From positions 37,200,001-37,264,000 of the forward strand of contig OZ024749.1 of NCBI GenBank assembly GCA_964016885.1: a DNA stretch of 64,000 nt, in the 5' to 3' direction. This document shows positions 13,559-28,500 of the stretch, piece after piece (positions within the stretch are counted from its first letter, which is position 1; each line of letters begins with the position of its first letter). Made by a program: the position numbers and the translations under genes. A model generated the notes under the pieces. That model was not told the DNA's origin, did no database searches, and saw only the letters and a program-made list of their open reading frames with translations. The stretch comes from Eledone cirrhosa (Eukaryota).

Positions 13559-14442
13559 CTCATCTATATTAAAACTATATATATATATATATATATATAT
13601 AAATATATATATACATACATACTTACATATATATAAATTTATATATATATATACATATATATATACATATATATGTATGTATATACATATATGTATATAT
13701 ATACACATATATATATATGTGTGTGCGTGTATGTGTATTAGTATGTCTGGTTATATGTATACACATATATATGTGTGTGTGTGTGTGTGTATGTGTATTA
13801 GTATGTCTGGTTATATGTATACACATATATATATATGTGTGTGTGTGTATGTGTATTTGTATGTATATGTTATATGTATGCGTGAGTGTGTGTGAAAGGC
13901 CAGCCGCTGTGGTTGGGCGTGTGACAGGTCAGTTTTGTTAGTGATTAGCTACATGGCTTTTGGAGTGTCTATTGAAAGGGGTCTATGTTACTCTGTGGCT
14001 AATTGTTCATGTGACATTGTCAGTGACAGGGTGACGGAGGCAGAGATATGTGCCTCTTGTAAAAGGGGCAGCTCCTAACACGCTTTGTGCCCTACCGTTC
14101 TCACACCCTCCACAATACAAAAGCCTATAATAATAATAATAAGAAGAAGAAGAATGATGGTGTCTTTTATTTGACACAAGGGCATCGTATGAAGATGACA
14201 TTACAAAGACTTGTGAAGAAGAAGAAGAAGAAGAAGAAGAAGAAGAAGAAGAAGAAGAAGAAGAAGCAGAAGAAGGAGGAGGAGGATAAGAGAAGAAGAA
14301 GAAGAAGAACAACAACAACAACAAAAACAAACAATGATTTCAGTTATTTGCCACAAGGGTGCTGAATAGAAGGTATATTACAAGAACAGGTTACATAAAG
14401 TGTTCACGGAAAACAACAACAACAGGAACAACAACAACAACA

Positions 14443-14817
14443 ATAATTGTTTCTACTTTAGGCACAAGGCCAGCAATTATCCCAGTACATTACTGGTACT
14501 TTATTTTATCGACCACGTAAGGATGAAAGGCAAAGTTAACCTAGGCGGGATTTGAACTCAGAACGTAAAGGGCCGTAACTCTATGCATCAAAGCATGGCC
14601 TCCAACCCTCTACCGATACTGCCAATGGTTATTTTATATAGGCACAAGGTCAGCAATTTTTTTGGGGGGGGGAGGAGGGGAAAGTCGATTAAATCGACCC
14701 CAGTGCGTGACTGGTACTTTATTTTATCGACCACGTAAGGATGATGAAAGGCAAAGTTAACCTCGGCGGATATTTGAACTCAGAACGTAAAGGGCCGTAA
14801 CTCTATGCTGCAAAGCC
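14443..14817 (-). mobile_element. Two tandem Nin/Deu-like SINEs
   Basis: Reverse-complement family sequence twice. Confidence 0.85.
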
Positions 14818-15299
14818 TAGTAATAGTAATCACTATCATTGGCCACAAGGGCAGAGGACATTGGGAACAAGACAAGGACGAAACCTAAACGGTGGTGGTG
14901 GTGGTGGTGGTGGTGGTGATGGCGGCGGCGGCGGTGGTGTTGGTGGTGGTGGTGGTGGTGGTGGCAGCGGAGGCGGTGGTGGTGGTGGTGGTGGTGGTGG
15001 TGGCAGCGGAGGCGGTGGTGGTGGTGGTGGTGGTGGTGATAATATGAGTAAAATATAAAGGTACACACAGCCAGATAATTACCATCTATATGTTATTGTA
15101 GCGTCTTTAAATTGTATTGTGAGTAGCGTGAGTATTTGTATAGTGTGTGTATAATGTGTGTGTGTGTCTGTGTGTCTGTGTGTGTGTGTGTCTGTCTGTG
15201 TGTGTCTGTCTGTGTGTGTGTCTGTCTGTGTGTGTGTGTGGCTTGTGAATGTCTCAAAACATTGTTTTTTTCTAGGATCTTTAAAACGTATATATGTAC

Positions 15300-15466
<167 letters not shown>

Positions 15467-15472
15467 AGTGTG

Positions 15473-15545
<73 letters not shown>

Positions 15546-16439
15546 ATGTGTGTGTGTATACATATATATATATGTGCGTCTGTGTGTGTGTGTGTATGCA
15601 TATATATATGTATATATATATATATGTGCGTCTGTGTGTGTATGTATGCATATATATATATATATATATACATATATATGTGTGTGTGTGTCTGTGTGTG
15701 TGTGGGCGTGCATGAATGAATGAGAGAGTGTGCACGTGCATGTGTGTGTATGTGTGTATGTATGTGTGTGTGTGTGTGCGTCTGTTTTCTAAAGTGTGAG
15801 GCGGCGGCAGCCAAGTATATATACACTACCACAACGAAACACTCTATAACAAATGACATCACCCCCCTACCCACCCCCACCCCATCGCCGCCGCCGCCGT
15901 CACTGGGGCTGACGACAAGAGCAACAATAACAATGTTAACAAAATGATGTATGTGTGTGTGTGTGTGGGAGGAGGAGTAAAGGTGTGAGACACCCTTAAA
16001 AATATCAACTTCTGCTACTATTATACTTCCAAAATGGCTGCCGAGGTACTTATTTTACTTAGATTCTTTACTAATTGATACTTGTTAGATGAATGTCGAC
16101 CTGAAATCTAACAATAGTAATAATAATAATAAGAAGAAGAAGAATCGTTTCTTTTATTGGTCACAAGGTCGTAAGACGTTAGGGACAATACAAACAGGAA
16201 AACCAACAGAAAGTGGTGCTTACATAATGTAAAGTAAAGGAGAGAAATACAGCCAGCGTGCAAGCTAAAAACATCAAGCAGGCAGCGAAAATGCAAGGTC
16301 AGGACCAATTAGAAGACTGATGGGGGCAAAAGCTTCTGCATAGATAGTATGTACTCTGAAGCTAATGTGTTGTTGTATAGCTTAAACGAATCCATAAGTA
16401 TCTGAGCAATCCATGATTATAAGCAAATAGAGAAGTATT

Positions 16440-16755
16440 CATACTGGAAGTACAAGACCAAATCCTTCTTACCAGAAACTATCAGGACCATATTTTAAAA
16501 ACTGGTGCTAATCTAATCTGCAGAACCAATATAATGAAGAAGTCGAGATTCATATGTGAAGCCTTCTTACCTAAACGTACCAAAACCATGTTTTAAAAAC
16601 TGGTGCTAATCTAATCTGCAGGACACATATGATGAAAAAGTAGGGATTCATATGTCAAGCCTCCTTGCCTAAAAGTACCAAAACCATGTTGAAAAAACTG
16701 GTGTTGACCTAATCTGTAGGACTAATATGATGAAAAAGTAGAGATTCATATGCCA
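16440..16755. repeat. About 98-bp tandem repeat, 3+ diverged copies
   Basis: ACCATRTTTTAAAAACTGGTGCTAATCTAATCTGCAG...GATTCATATG recurs near 16487, 16585 and 16683. Confidence 0.85.
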
Positions 16756-16914
16756 GGCTGTCCGGCACTGACTCCAAATGTGTACAAGAACCGGTGTGTC
16801 AGAGTTGTCTCGTACCTGCTATGGAAATTATACAACCACTAAAAAATTAAAACCATAAAACAGTTATCAACTAGTATGAACACCTCCCAGAACCAGTAAT
16901 CTATCTATCTATCT

Positions 16915-17185
16915 AAGGCGGGTAAAATTCCCGAGATCCATGGACGAGTTCTCTCCAACGGTCTCTGTCCCTCATTATCGCTGCCATATCCTGCATCTCC
17001 AACAGACCAGTGTCTGTCCTTAGGGCATCAACATATGTTAACCTTGGTCTTCCTCTTCTAGTGTGTCCATGTAGGGGCTCCCAAAGGAGCACTGAGTGCA
17101 ATGTCAACTCTGGATGTCGGTGAGCATGTCCAGCCAACCTCAGTCTTCTCTGTGTCACTTTTGAGCTGACTTTTGGGAACCAGTA
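16915..17185 (-). pseudogene. RTE/RTEX-type LINE C-terminal fragment
   Basis: RRLRLAGHAHR...LLWEP..RRGRPRLTYVD...DRDRWR, ending in a (TAGA)n tail. Confidence 0.8.
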
Positions 17186-17575
17186 ATGGAAGGAGATAAT
17201 GTAACAATAGTTTGGGATTTCCCAGTTAATCCAGACCGGACAATTCAAGCAAAGAGATCAGACACCGAGGTTAACTTTGCTTTTCATCCTTACCGGGTCG
17301 ATAAAATAAAGTACCAGTAATACACTGGCATAAATGCTGGCCTCGTGCCAAAAGTAGAAACAATTATTAGCAAGGAGATGAATGATAAAACCTGTAAATT
17401 AATCGCTATGAGTATTCCATCAAATAAAAACATTTCAGTAAAAGAATTTGAAAAACAAAGACTTCGAGAATGAGAGTAAAAACATGTATCACTTTAAATC
17501 GAAAATACCTCAATTCATTTTAAGCAAATATTAAGGGTGAAAGCAGCGATTCTTTGCTTAAACTTTAATCTATTA

Positions 17576-17656
<81 letters not shown>

Positions 17657-17926
17657 CGTTTCTGAATTTGTGACGAAAGAACTATGACTATATATAAACA
17701 ACTATCTGGTTGTGGAACCAACCAACCAACCAGAAATTTATAAATTTATAAATTTATAAATATATAATAAATCGAAGTGAAAGCAATTGGTGCGTGTGTT
17801 TCTTATTGGCAACATGACCCTCCCAAAGTATAACAATATATATATATATATATATATACATATAATATAGAAATGAACACATAAAGAATTACATGGGATG
17901 AAAACCACTTTGGTGCAACGTTTTTC

Positions 17927-17964
<38 letters not shown>

Positions 17965-17968
<4 letters not shown>

Positions 17969-18100
17969 ATACTCATCTTTTTCCATTTCTCTGAGGGTTC
18001 TAAACCCCACTATCAGGCTAAAATTTCTTTAGTAAAAAAATATGGTGAAAGCTTCTATTTTCTAATTTCAAACTTGCTCACTGTTTCAAAACATTCTTAT
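17965..18100 (+). mobile_element. Fragment of family E (homologous to the arm of 61294-61727)
   Basis: ACTCATCTTT..CCATTTCTC..GAGGGTT..ACTATCAGGCT..ATGGTGAAAGCTT, between (TA)n tracts. Confidence 0.7.
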
Positions 18101-18158
18101 ATATATATATATATATATAAGAGTTGAAAATTGCAAACTCGACTGTTACCACATATCA

Positions 18159-18197
18159 TGAACCTGAAGATTGCGAAAGCATGAAAGTACTTGTTCA
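18159..18197 (+). ncRNA. Minimal 39-nt type I hammerhead ribozyme motif
   Basis: TGAAC-CTGAAGA-T TGC GAAA GCA T-GAAA-GTAC-TT-GTTCA. One-bp stem III with palindromic AGTACT. Confidence 0.8.
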
Positions 18198-18311
18198 ATT
18201 AACATTTAGAATTTAATATTCTATCATACTATTTCATTATAATACCATTATATATATTTTAAAGGATTGTAAATAAAACGAGTAAATCAGACAAAGTTGG
18301 AATTCCTCTTA

Positions 18312-18371
<60 letters not shown>

Positions 18372-18578
18372 CATATATGTGTGGGCGGGGTTCTGTGTTT
18401 GTATATACATTATTATAGCTGTGAAGCAACTTGCGTGAGTCAGAAGAGTGGAGGTTCTTATTTAAGAAAAAAACTATACCTTGTTTTGGACTTCTCTACA
18501 GCGATGCATCAACACTCCACGAATAAGAATACAGAATAAAGAGCAGAAATTGGCTCATTCAGCACACCCACACACACC

Positions 18579-18675
<97 letters not shown>

Positions 18676-18744
18676 CCACACACACACACATACACCCACA
18701 CACACCCACACACCCACACACCCCCGCACACACACGCACCCCCC

Positions 18745-18972
<228 letters not shown>

Positions 18973-18985
18973 TACATATATATAC

Positions 18986-19022
<37 letters not shown>

Positions 19023-19055
19023 TATCTATATATATATATCTATATATATATATAT

Positions 19056-19247
19056 AACAAAGGAATTATGGTAAGGAACCAGATGGACCATAACGCACCA
19101 GAGTACTCAATACTTAGGATAGTAGAGTGGGAAATAGGAAAAAGTATGACCCCGAAGGCAGAGCTCAAGCCGTTTCGACGGCTATTACTGGACTCAGAAA
19201 TAGCCGTCGAAACGGCTTGAGCTCTGCCGTCGGGGTCATACTTTTTC
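19056..19247 (-). mobile_element. Family C fold-back element, second copy
   Basis: Reverse complement of 13113-13312 with a different central spacer, in (TA)n. Confidence 0.8.
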
Positions 19248-19298
19248 ATATATATATATATATATAGAAGTGGTTACACAACAGTTAGTTCACCATAT

Positions 19299-19334
19299 CG
19301 AGAACAATTGTTTCACCTTCGCGGATCTTCAGCT

Positions 19335-19336
<2 letters not shown>
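19299..19336 (-). ncRNA. Minimal type I hammerhead ribozyme motif
   Basis: Minus strand reads CGAG-CTGAAGA-T CC GCGAA GG T-GAAA-CAATTG-TT-CTCG, with palindromic ACAATTGT as stem III. Confidence 0.75.
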
Positions 19337-19426
<90 letters not shown>

Positions 19427-19431
19427 GTATA

Positions 19432-19743
<312 letters not shown>

Positions 19744-19975
19744 TGTTGATACGTGTACATATAAACACACATAGATGTGTAGGGGGGGGGGTAGAACTGG
19801 GTGGGTGTTGAGGGAGATGTTGACGGGATGGATTACATACACTAAGGCAGGTCATGATAAGGAATGAGTAGCAGTTAATGATGATGATGGGTTGTATCTG
19901 GATGTTTGTACATATATATGTGTGTGCATCTCTCTGTGTGTGTGTGTGTTGAATACATATATGCGTGTCTTTTGT

Positions 19976-20069
<94 letters not shown>

Positions 20070-20328
20070 GATATATATACATATATATATATACATATAT
20101 ATATATATAGAGAGATAGATAGAGAGGGGGTGGATGGACAGGAACAGAAAAGACAGGTAATTCTTCCTATACTGACAAAGTTTAAAAAACATCCACAATA
20201 TTCAATAAGAACAAACACACACACGCAACAACAACACACACACGCGCGCAACAACACACACACACACATACAATCACACATACAATCACACTTATATATA
20301 TATATCCTTATCTATATATATCTTTTCT

Positions 20329-20413
<85 letters not shown>

Positions 20414-20493
20414 CGGATGATCCTGTGCGGGTGGATGCGAAAATCCTGAGCAACAACACTCACTACTTAGACATAATAAACGAACACACATAT

Positions 20494-20554
<61 letters not shown>

Positions 20555-20578
20555 CATATCCATATATATGTATATATA

Positions 20579-20626
<48 letters not shown>

Positions 20627-20650
20627 GATATCCATATATATGTATATATA

Positions 20651-20708
<58 letters not shown>

Positions 20709-21006
20709 CCTCGCATGTGTGTGTATGTGTGTGTACGTTTTAAATTTAAAAACTCTTCATATGTAATAGATGTTTTGAAAATGTTGGTTTGTTTGATGAA
20801 GTAGGTATCTCGAAATGTCTCCCAGAGCGCCGAGCTGAAATACGAAACAAAGCGAGCCAAGCTTCTAGAAAAAAAAAATGGAGATATCATTAGTCATGTC
20901 TTTCTTTGTAAATAAATGGATTTAATTTATGTTTTCATCTTCCATCGCATCTACTTCCCATTTGATGTTGGTGCCATTTAAATTTTTTTTCATCTCTCTC
21001 TCCCTC

Positions 21007-21074
<68 letters not shown>

Positions 21075-21260
21075 CATGTATGTATGTCTACATGATATCA
21101 ATGTTGTGAATGGATATAGGGATATAGGTACGGTTGTATATATGTATATACATATATATAGGTACGGTTGTATATGATGTACATATACATGTATGTGATC
21201 ACGGGTTCTTTATTTTTCCATAAACATGAATAGCTCTGTAAGTTTCCATGTATGCACACA

Positions 21261-21310
<50 letters not shown>

Positions 21311-21335
21311 TGTCTATCTATCTATATATATAAAG

Positions 21336-21371
<36 letters not shown>

Positions 21372-21518
21372 GCCTGTGTGTGTGTGTATATATAAATTTT
21401 GTGTCATATTTTGAAAATTTTTTCCATTAAAAATGTTCTCCATAGCGGATAGGGGTGAAAACTCAAGATCTACACAGTATTCATGCATATACGCATGATG
21501 CACATATATATAATATAT

Positions 21519-21560
<42 letters not shown>

Positions 21561-21931
21561 GCGGGGAAGAGGAAAGAAGAGGGGAAAATGGGTTGAATTA
21601 AATAAGGAACCAAAAGATATATAAGGAATCGTTTTAAGTTAGTGGAATGTCCATTTGGAATAATTAGTGTCGCATTATTTTGTGTTCAGTGGGAGCCTTC
21701 TCGGTTCGATCTCCCGTGGCGGACGACAGCAGACTAGGCAGGAGAGAAATGTTACATTTACTCGCTTTTTGCTTTTCTTTTCCACCGCCATCTTGTTTTA
21801 TTTCCGTTATCTCTCCCTGACACTTTCTATTCCACTTCTACCTCATACTTTCTCCTTTATCTCTCACTTACATTCTCAACTCCACCCCCAATCTATATAC
21901 TTCTTTCTCTTTCTCTCTCGCTTTCTCCCTC

Positions 21932-21962
<31 letters not shown>

Positions 21963-22122
21963 CGACCTATCTATCTTGTCCCTTTCCCTCGGTACCTCGG
22001 TATCTTTCCCTTCCTAAACCAAACCACTACCTTCCATATATATGGAATTATGCAGAGACTCTTTGCAATTCACAAAGGATATTCAGGTAGGTTTGCAGAC
22101 AAATATAGACTAACAAACCGTG

Positions 22123-22192
<70 letters not shown>

Positions 22193-22336
22193 ATATATAT
22201 GGTTACATATATTATATACATACAATTCTGTATATGCAGGCATATATTCATTAGCATATAGGCTAAAGCTAAATTTGTACATAACTGTCTATATTCTTCC
22301 TTATCTCTCTCTCTTTCTCTCTCTCCTTCTCTCTCT

Positions 22337-22387
<51 letters not shown>

Positions 22388-22824
22388 ATGCAGAAAGTAA
22401 ATGGAAGCAACAAAACAAACAATGAAGAAATATCTTCGTTTAACGCTTGATAGTAGGAAAAATACTTAACTTTTCGGACTCTAGTCCTTCACCAGAAGAT
22501 GGAACGAGGAATGAAAGATGAAATACAAAAGATAGAGAGTGAGTAGAGAAAGATAGGAACATTTTTTTTGAGAAAAACCACGTGTGTATTCAGTCAGCCA
22601 TTATATAAATTATTTAATGGCTTGCTCAGAGGAAAGAAAGCCGCGTTCATAACCCTTGATGTGAGATGGGGGCGATGAAGAAGTAGGTATCATCAAAGTA
22701 AAATCTGTTTCAAAAACGCACAAAATAGTATACTCCGCTTAAAACCACCAAGGGGCCAGCTAGTTTGTTAAACCAGACAACGGATTAAATATACCTCCCA
22801 ACAACAGGAACAACAGAACTTTCA

Positions 22825-22960
22825 ACAGGCTTCCATGCAGTTTCCGCTTGCTAATTTCACTCACATGGCTCTAGTCGTCTCCAGGCTAGAAAAGAAGACA
22901 TTTGCCCACACTGGGGGATCCTACCTCAAATCACATTGTTGCAAAGTGAACTTCTTGAGT
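22825..22960 (-). mobile_element. Degenerate CORE-type SINE fragment
   Basis: AGGCTTCCATGCAGTTTCC..TTCACTCACA..GAAGACATTTGCCCA resembles the common octopus CORE-SINE body (recognised from memory). Confidence 0.5.
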
Positions 22961-23439
22961 GCGTACACACAGATACACAGACACACACACAATTATGTGT
23001 GTGTGTTTGTGTGTGTAAAGATAGATAGATTCGCACGCCTAAGTAGTTTGCCGGATATGACAGCAAGCAGAAAGGTTTCAATCACGTGATGGTCCGGCGC
23101 GGTTTGTCTGTGATTATCATATTGAGTTGTCTGTCTCGGTGGGAGGGGGTAAGAATTACACTGACGCAGCTGTTGGACTAAATAACGTTCGAACTATCTA
23201 GAAAACGGGGTTGTTCTGGGTTGGGGGATGGATTGAGTATCTATCTATTGGCTTTAAAAAAAAACCGTCAAAACAACGAAACAATAATAACAGAAAGAAG
23301 ATTCTACTTCTGATCACAATCGACGAACTAGATTGTCTCTGGTAGGAAGACAGAACTACTGTGTGGTCGTTTCACCTAACTAGAAATATCAACCAAATCC
23401 CACCTTCCAATTATGCGCTGCCTTCTGGAATAACAACAG

Positions 23440-24740
23440 AAATAATTGTTTCTACTACTTTTGGCACAAGGCCAACAATTATCCCAGTGCATTACTGGTA
23501 CTTTATTTTATCGACCCCATATGGATGAAAGGCAAATTTAACCTCGGCGAGATTCGACCCCAGACCGTAAGGGACCATAACTCAATGCTGCAAAGCATAG
23601 CGTCCGACCCTCTACCGATACATACGGCCAATCCAATTGTTTCTACATTTCGCTCAAGACCAGCAATTTGAAGGGCAAGAGAACGTCGATTAAAGTGACT
23701 GCAGCGCATTAGTGGGGCTATATTTTATTGACCCCCGTAAGGATGAAAGGCAAAGCTACTCTCTGCAGGATTTGAACTCAGCTCAGATCAAGCCGAGGTT
23801 TGAGTTGCCTTTCATCCTTACGGCGGTCAATAAAATAAAGAACCATATAGTAAAGTTGATTAACGTTTGTTTCATAAGTGTTATATCTATATCCAGTTTG
23901 ATTTAGTAATTTGCTTAGGGGACTCAGTGCCAAGCAGAACATTAAAGAGCATATTGACATATCTAGAGTTAATAATGGTGGTGGTGTTTTCCAAAGCTTC
24001 AACAGGTGAGATTTTTAATATCTCAAGGCATTATTTATTCCAGCTGTGAGGAAGACTACTATCAAAGGCATTTTTATTGTCTATCAATACCACCGAGAGA
24101 TTCGTATGTCTGTTGTGACAATCATCAAGGATCATTTTGCTGATTAAATGTTGGTCCTTACATCTGGATAAACCACACTTACACCCATTTTTTATCAGGA
24201 AACATAGTGGTTTCTTATATAGGCACAAGCCCAGCAATTTTTGGGGAGGGGAAAGTTAATTAAATCGACCCCAGTACGTGACTAGTACTTTATTTTATCG
24301 ACTTAGTAAGGATGAAAGGCAAAGTTAACCTCGGCCGGATTTGAAGTCAGATCGTAAACAGCCATATCTCTATTCTGCAAAGCATGATGTCTGACATTCT
24401 ACCAATACTGCCAATCCGCTAATAATTGTTTCTACTTTTGGCACAAGGCCAGCAATTACTGGTACTTTATTTTATCGACCCCATAAGGACGAAAGGCAAA
24501 GTTAACCTCGGCGGGATTTGAACTCAGACCATAAAGGGCCGTAACTCTTTGCTGCAAAGCATGGTGTCCGACTCTCTACCGAATTTCATAATAAAAATGC
24601 AACAAATGACCGAAGTTAACTTTGCTTTTCATCCTTGCGGGGTCGATAAAATAAAGCACCAGTAACGTACTGGGGTCGATTTAATCGTCCCCCCCCTCCC
24701 CAATTACAGGTCTTGTGATTATACTAGAAATCATTATGAA
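23440..24740. mobile_element. Cluster of about six Nin/Deu-like SINE copies or fragments, both orientations
   Basis: Copies at about 23440-23635 -, 23636-23780 -, 23790-23850 +, 24205-24420 -, 24421-24582 -, 24608-24740 +. Confidence 0.8.
23880..24200 (-). pseudogene. Dong/R4-clade LINE reverse transcriptase fragment
   Basis: GCK..CKDQHLISKMILDD..LS..ID.KNAFDS.PHSW and FCLALSPLSKLLN.TGY, frameshifted. Confidence 0.75.
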
Positions 24741-25066
24741 ATTGTAGAAGAATGACCATTGATTGGTTTATCCATCTTTTCTAGCTATGTGGATTTTTTC
24801 CGAAGATATGTTTCATGTCGTAGCAGCATAGATTAGTTCATTAAGTGATGTGATGTGAAAATCTAAGTTCAAGTCCCACCGACCATTAACCTTTATTCAC
24901 AAAGCATTAGTCAACCCGATGCGATAGCAAAACGAAATCCATGCCAAGTTGAGATTGAACACATAACCACGTGCTTTCTAAGTAAACCATGTGGTCGCAC
25001 ATAAAATATATACATATATATATATATATATAAAGTTGTACTGATTTATACACATATGCAGACATT

Positions 25067-25157
<91 letters not shown>

Positions 25158-25212
25158 GTATATATATATGTATATATATATATATAAATGTATACATATG
25201 TATAAATGTATA

Positions 25213-25286
<74 letters not shown>

Positions 25287-25305
25287 AATATATATATATA
25301 TATAA

Positions 25306-25341
<36 letters not shown>

Positions 25342-25396
25342 GTATATATGTATATATATATATATATATAAATGTATATATGTATATATAAATGTA

Positions 25397-25486
<90 letters not shown>

Positions 25487-25709
25487 TATGTAAGCACACA
25501 CATCCCACAACTAAAGTCACCACAGGATCTATGAAATGGGAAAGAGCAAAGCTATAATGACAAATAGATTAAAAGAAAAGTAAACAGTCAGATATATTAA
25601 CAATATCAAAAACAATATTAGGATAGACTGGTTGAGAATGGGGACGGTGGTGGATTAAAAGTTAGAGAAAGCGAGAGTGACTAACACATTAAGGGAATGA
25701 GATATAACA

Positions 25710-25767
<58 letters not shown>

Positions 25768-25813
25768 ATATAAAAAATATATATATATATATGTATGTAT
25801 ATATATACATATG

Positions 25814-25844
<31 letters not shown>

Positions 25845-26063
25845 GTATTGTATATGTATATAAATATATATATATATATATAAATATAAATATATATATA
25901 TATAAATATATATATATAATATAATATAAAAAAAATATATATATATATATATGTATATATATACATATGTATATATATATATATATGTGTGTATATATAT
26001 ATATAAGTATTGTATATGTATATAAATATATATATATATATTGTATATGTATATAAAAAAAAA

Positions 26064-26100
<37 letters not shown>

Positions 26101-26109
26101 TATGTATTG

Positions 26110-26170
<61 letters not shown>

Positions 26171-26782
26171 GTGAGAGAGAGGGGTTAGGCATGGTAATAT
26201 AAAAAAATGATATATTTGGTCTGAGAGGAGAGAAAATGTTAAAAATTATTCGGAAAGCCGGATAATGTGTGTGTGTGTGTGTGGGGGGGACACAGGTAGT
26301 GTTAATAGAGGCTTCGATATTTAATCTAACTTCGAAATTGTTTAAACTCTCTCTCTCTCTCCCCCTCTCTCTCTCTCTCCCTCTCTCTATCTTCCTCTCT
26401 CTATCTCCATCTCTTCTCCCCTATCTCTTTCTCTCTCTTTCTCTCTTCTACCCCTCTCTCTCTCCCTGCTGTATATGTATATATATATATATATATATGA
26501 GTGTGTATATATGTGTGTGTGTGTGTGTGTACGTATGAATTATGAAAGGCCATCAGGACCTCCAATAATTCAAGTTCTACTTAGTTTTCTTACACATCCG
26601 GTTATCTAAATATAAAACTAAAAACCTAACCTTTTGCCTGTACTGGATCTCACTAATGGATGTTCGTGGCGTACCCCACACCTCTCTTAGTGGCACATCT
26701 CACACCTCTCCTCCAAATATTTAACAAATTGACTTCTGGTGATGTTTGTTTTTTTGGTTTTAATCTCATATGATAATAGGTC

Positions 26783-26824
<42 letters not shown>

Positions 26825-26966
26825 TTCTTCATCAACATCACCCCCCCCCCATCTTGTACATACACAGACAGATACGTACGTGCACACATACATACAAACT
26901 AACAGGCGTACACATATACAAAGATACGCACATATATATATATATATATATACATATGTGTGTGTC

Positions 26967-26997
<31 letters not shown>

Positions 26998-27065
26998 GAC
27001 TAATATATTTCTTCATTTTTCTCTGTCGTGTGCTTTGTTATTTCTGCTTACATTTTACATACAAA

Positions 27066-27116
<51 letters not shown>

Positions 27117-27887
27117 GCAGACACACACACACAAATACGTAAAAATACATTATATATTTTCTGAGCTGACAAAAATGCCCTGACTTTGTTGTTGATTTTA
27201 ATTTGGGAAAACAATACAGCAATGTTTGGGGCACATGGAAGAAAGTACACAGATTCGCCAGGCGCATGAGAGTAACTGAGTACAGAGCTGTCAGTAGAGG
27301 TGGGATATCACGTTTGGTTTGTAGTTATAACCCCAATTCGTACGTGGTTGGTAGATATATGACGAATATCGGAGCAGTGACTACCAGACTTCAGATTGAC
27401 GCATATAAGAGTATATTTTGGATGTCAGACAATAGAAGCAAAAATGAAATCCTCAGTAAGTATTGAATATTTGTTGTGGCGTCCTTGCTACCTCTGGTTT
27501 TCTAGATCCCATATGTGGATAACTGATAGGGGACTGGAAACATACGTGCTATGATTTAACTCAAAAGTACCTGGACATTGCCTAATAGTATTAATGCTAC
27601 TATCATAGATACTTGCTGTAAGGTGAATGACACTGTTAGACGTAAGGTGTCGAAACCTCTGTGATCCCTTGTTGATTTTTGTCTTAGATTTCTTTTTAAC
27701 AGAAATCGGTTATTATTAACAGTAGAATATTAGTAGCATCTCTCAAATCTCCCTGCTCTATGGCTCCTACAAATTGTGTAGCAATCTTTCTTAAATACAC
27801 TTTAAACTCTCTTTAATCTTATGTCTTGTCGGCGTCAAATTGCCGATAATTTTAGTCCCATCTGTTACATTATTTCATTATTTATCA

Positions 27888-28500
27888 AGGGTGGTGGATT
27901 GGCAGTATCGGTAGAAGATCAGACGCCATGCTTTGCAGCATAGAGTTACCGCCCTTTATGATCTGAGTTCAAATTCCGCCGAGGTTAACTTTGCCTTTCA
28001 TCCTTACGGGGTCGATAAAATGAAGTACCAGTAATACACTGGGATAATTGCTGGCCTTGTGCCAAAAGTAGATCTCAATTATTTCTCAATTTTCAGTTTA
28101 TTAATTTTCAGCAAAGTCCCTCAAAGATCAAAAGAGAAATGTACAAAACAAACATATTTTAGATTTCCTGACTCCTTCTCATACCAAGCCACATGAAATC
28201 ACCCCTGGTTCTAAGATACTAAACAGTTTAATTTTAGCCTTTATATTTTTCTATAAAAAGACCTTCCATCATAATTTTATGTAAGAACCTTTAAGTTTAG
28301 CTGTAAGCAACAAATATATAAATGTTTCTACTTTTGGCACAAGGCCAGCAATTACCCAGTGCATTACTGGTACTTTATTTTATCGACCCCGTAAGGATGA
28401 AAGGCAAAGTTAACCTCGGCGGGATTTGAACTCAGAATGGCAAGGGCTGTAACTCTATACGTCAAAGCATGGCGTCCGACCCTCTACCGATACTGCCAAT
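27888..28500. mobile_element. Convergent pair of Nin/Deu-like SINEs (27888-28075 +, 28320-28500 -)
   Basis: Family match on both strands. Confidence 0.85.

Noticed and set aside
16440-16755. C2H2 zinc-finger array, which is common in cephalopods
   Set aside because: The period is about 98 bp rather than 84, and there is no C-x2-C/H-x3-H frame.
20780-20860. TTGATGA...GAAAC degenerate HHR-like string
   Set aside because: The core and cleavage triplet are not intact, so it cannot be supported.
27140-27700. Possible old LINE RT remnant on the minus strand (YGI*KTRGSKDA)
   Set aside because: Only a single weak motif, and the boundaries are undefined.
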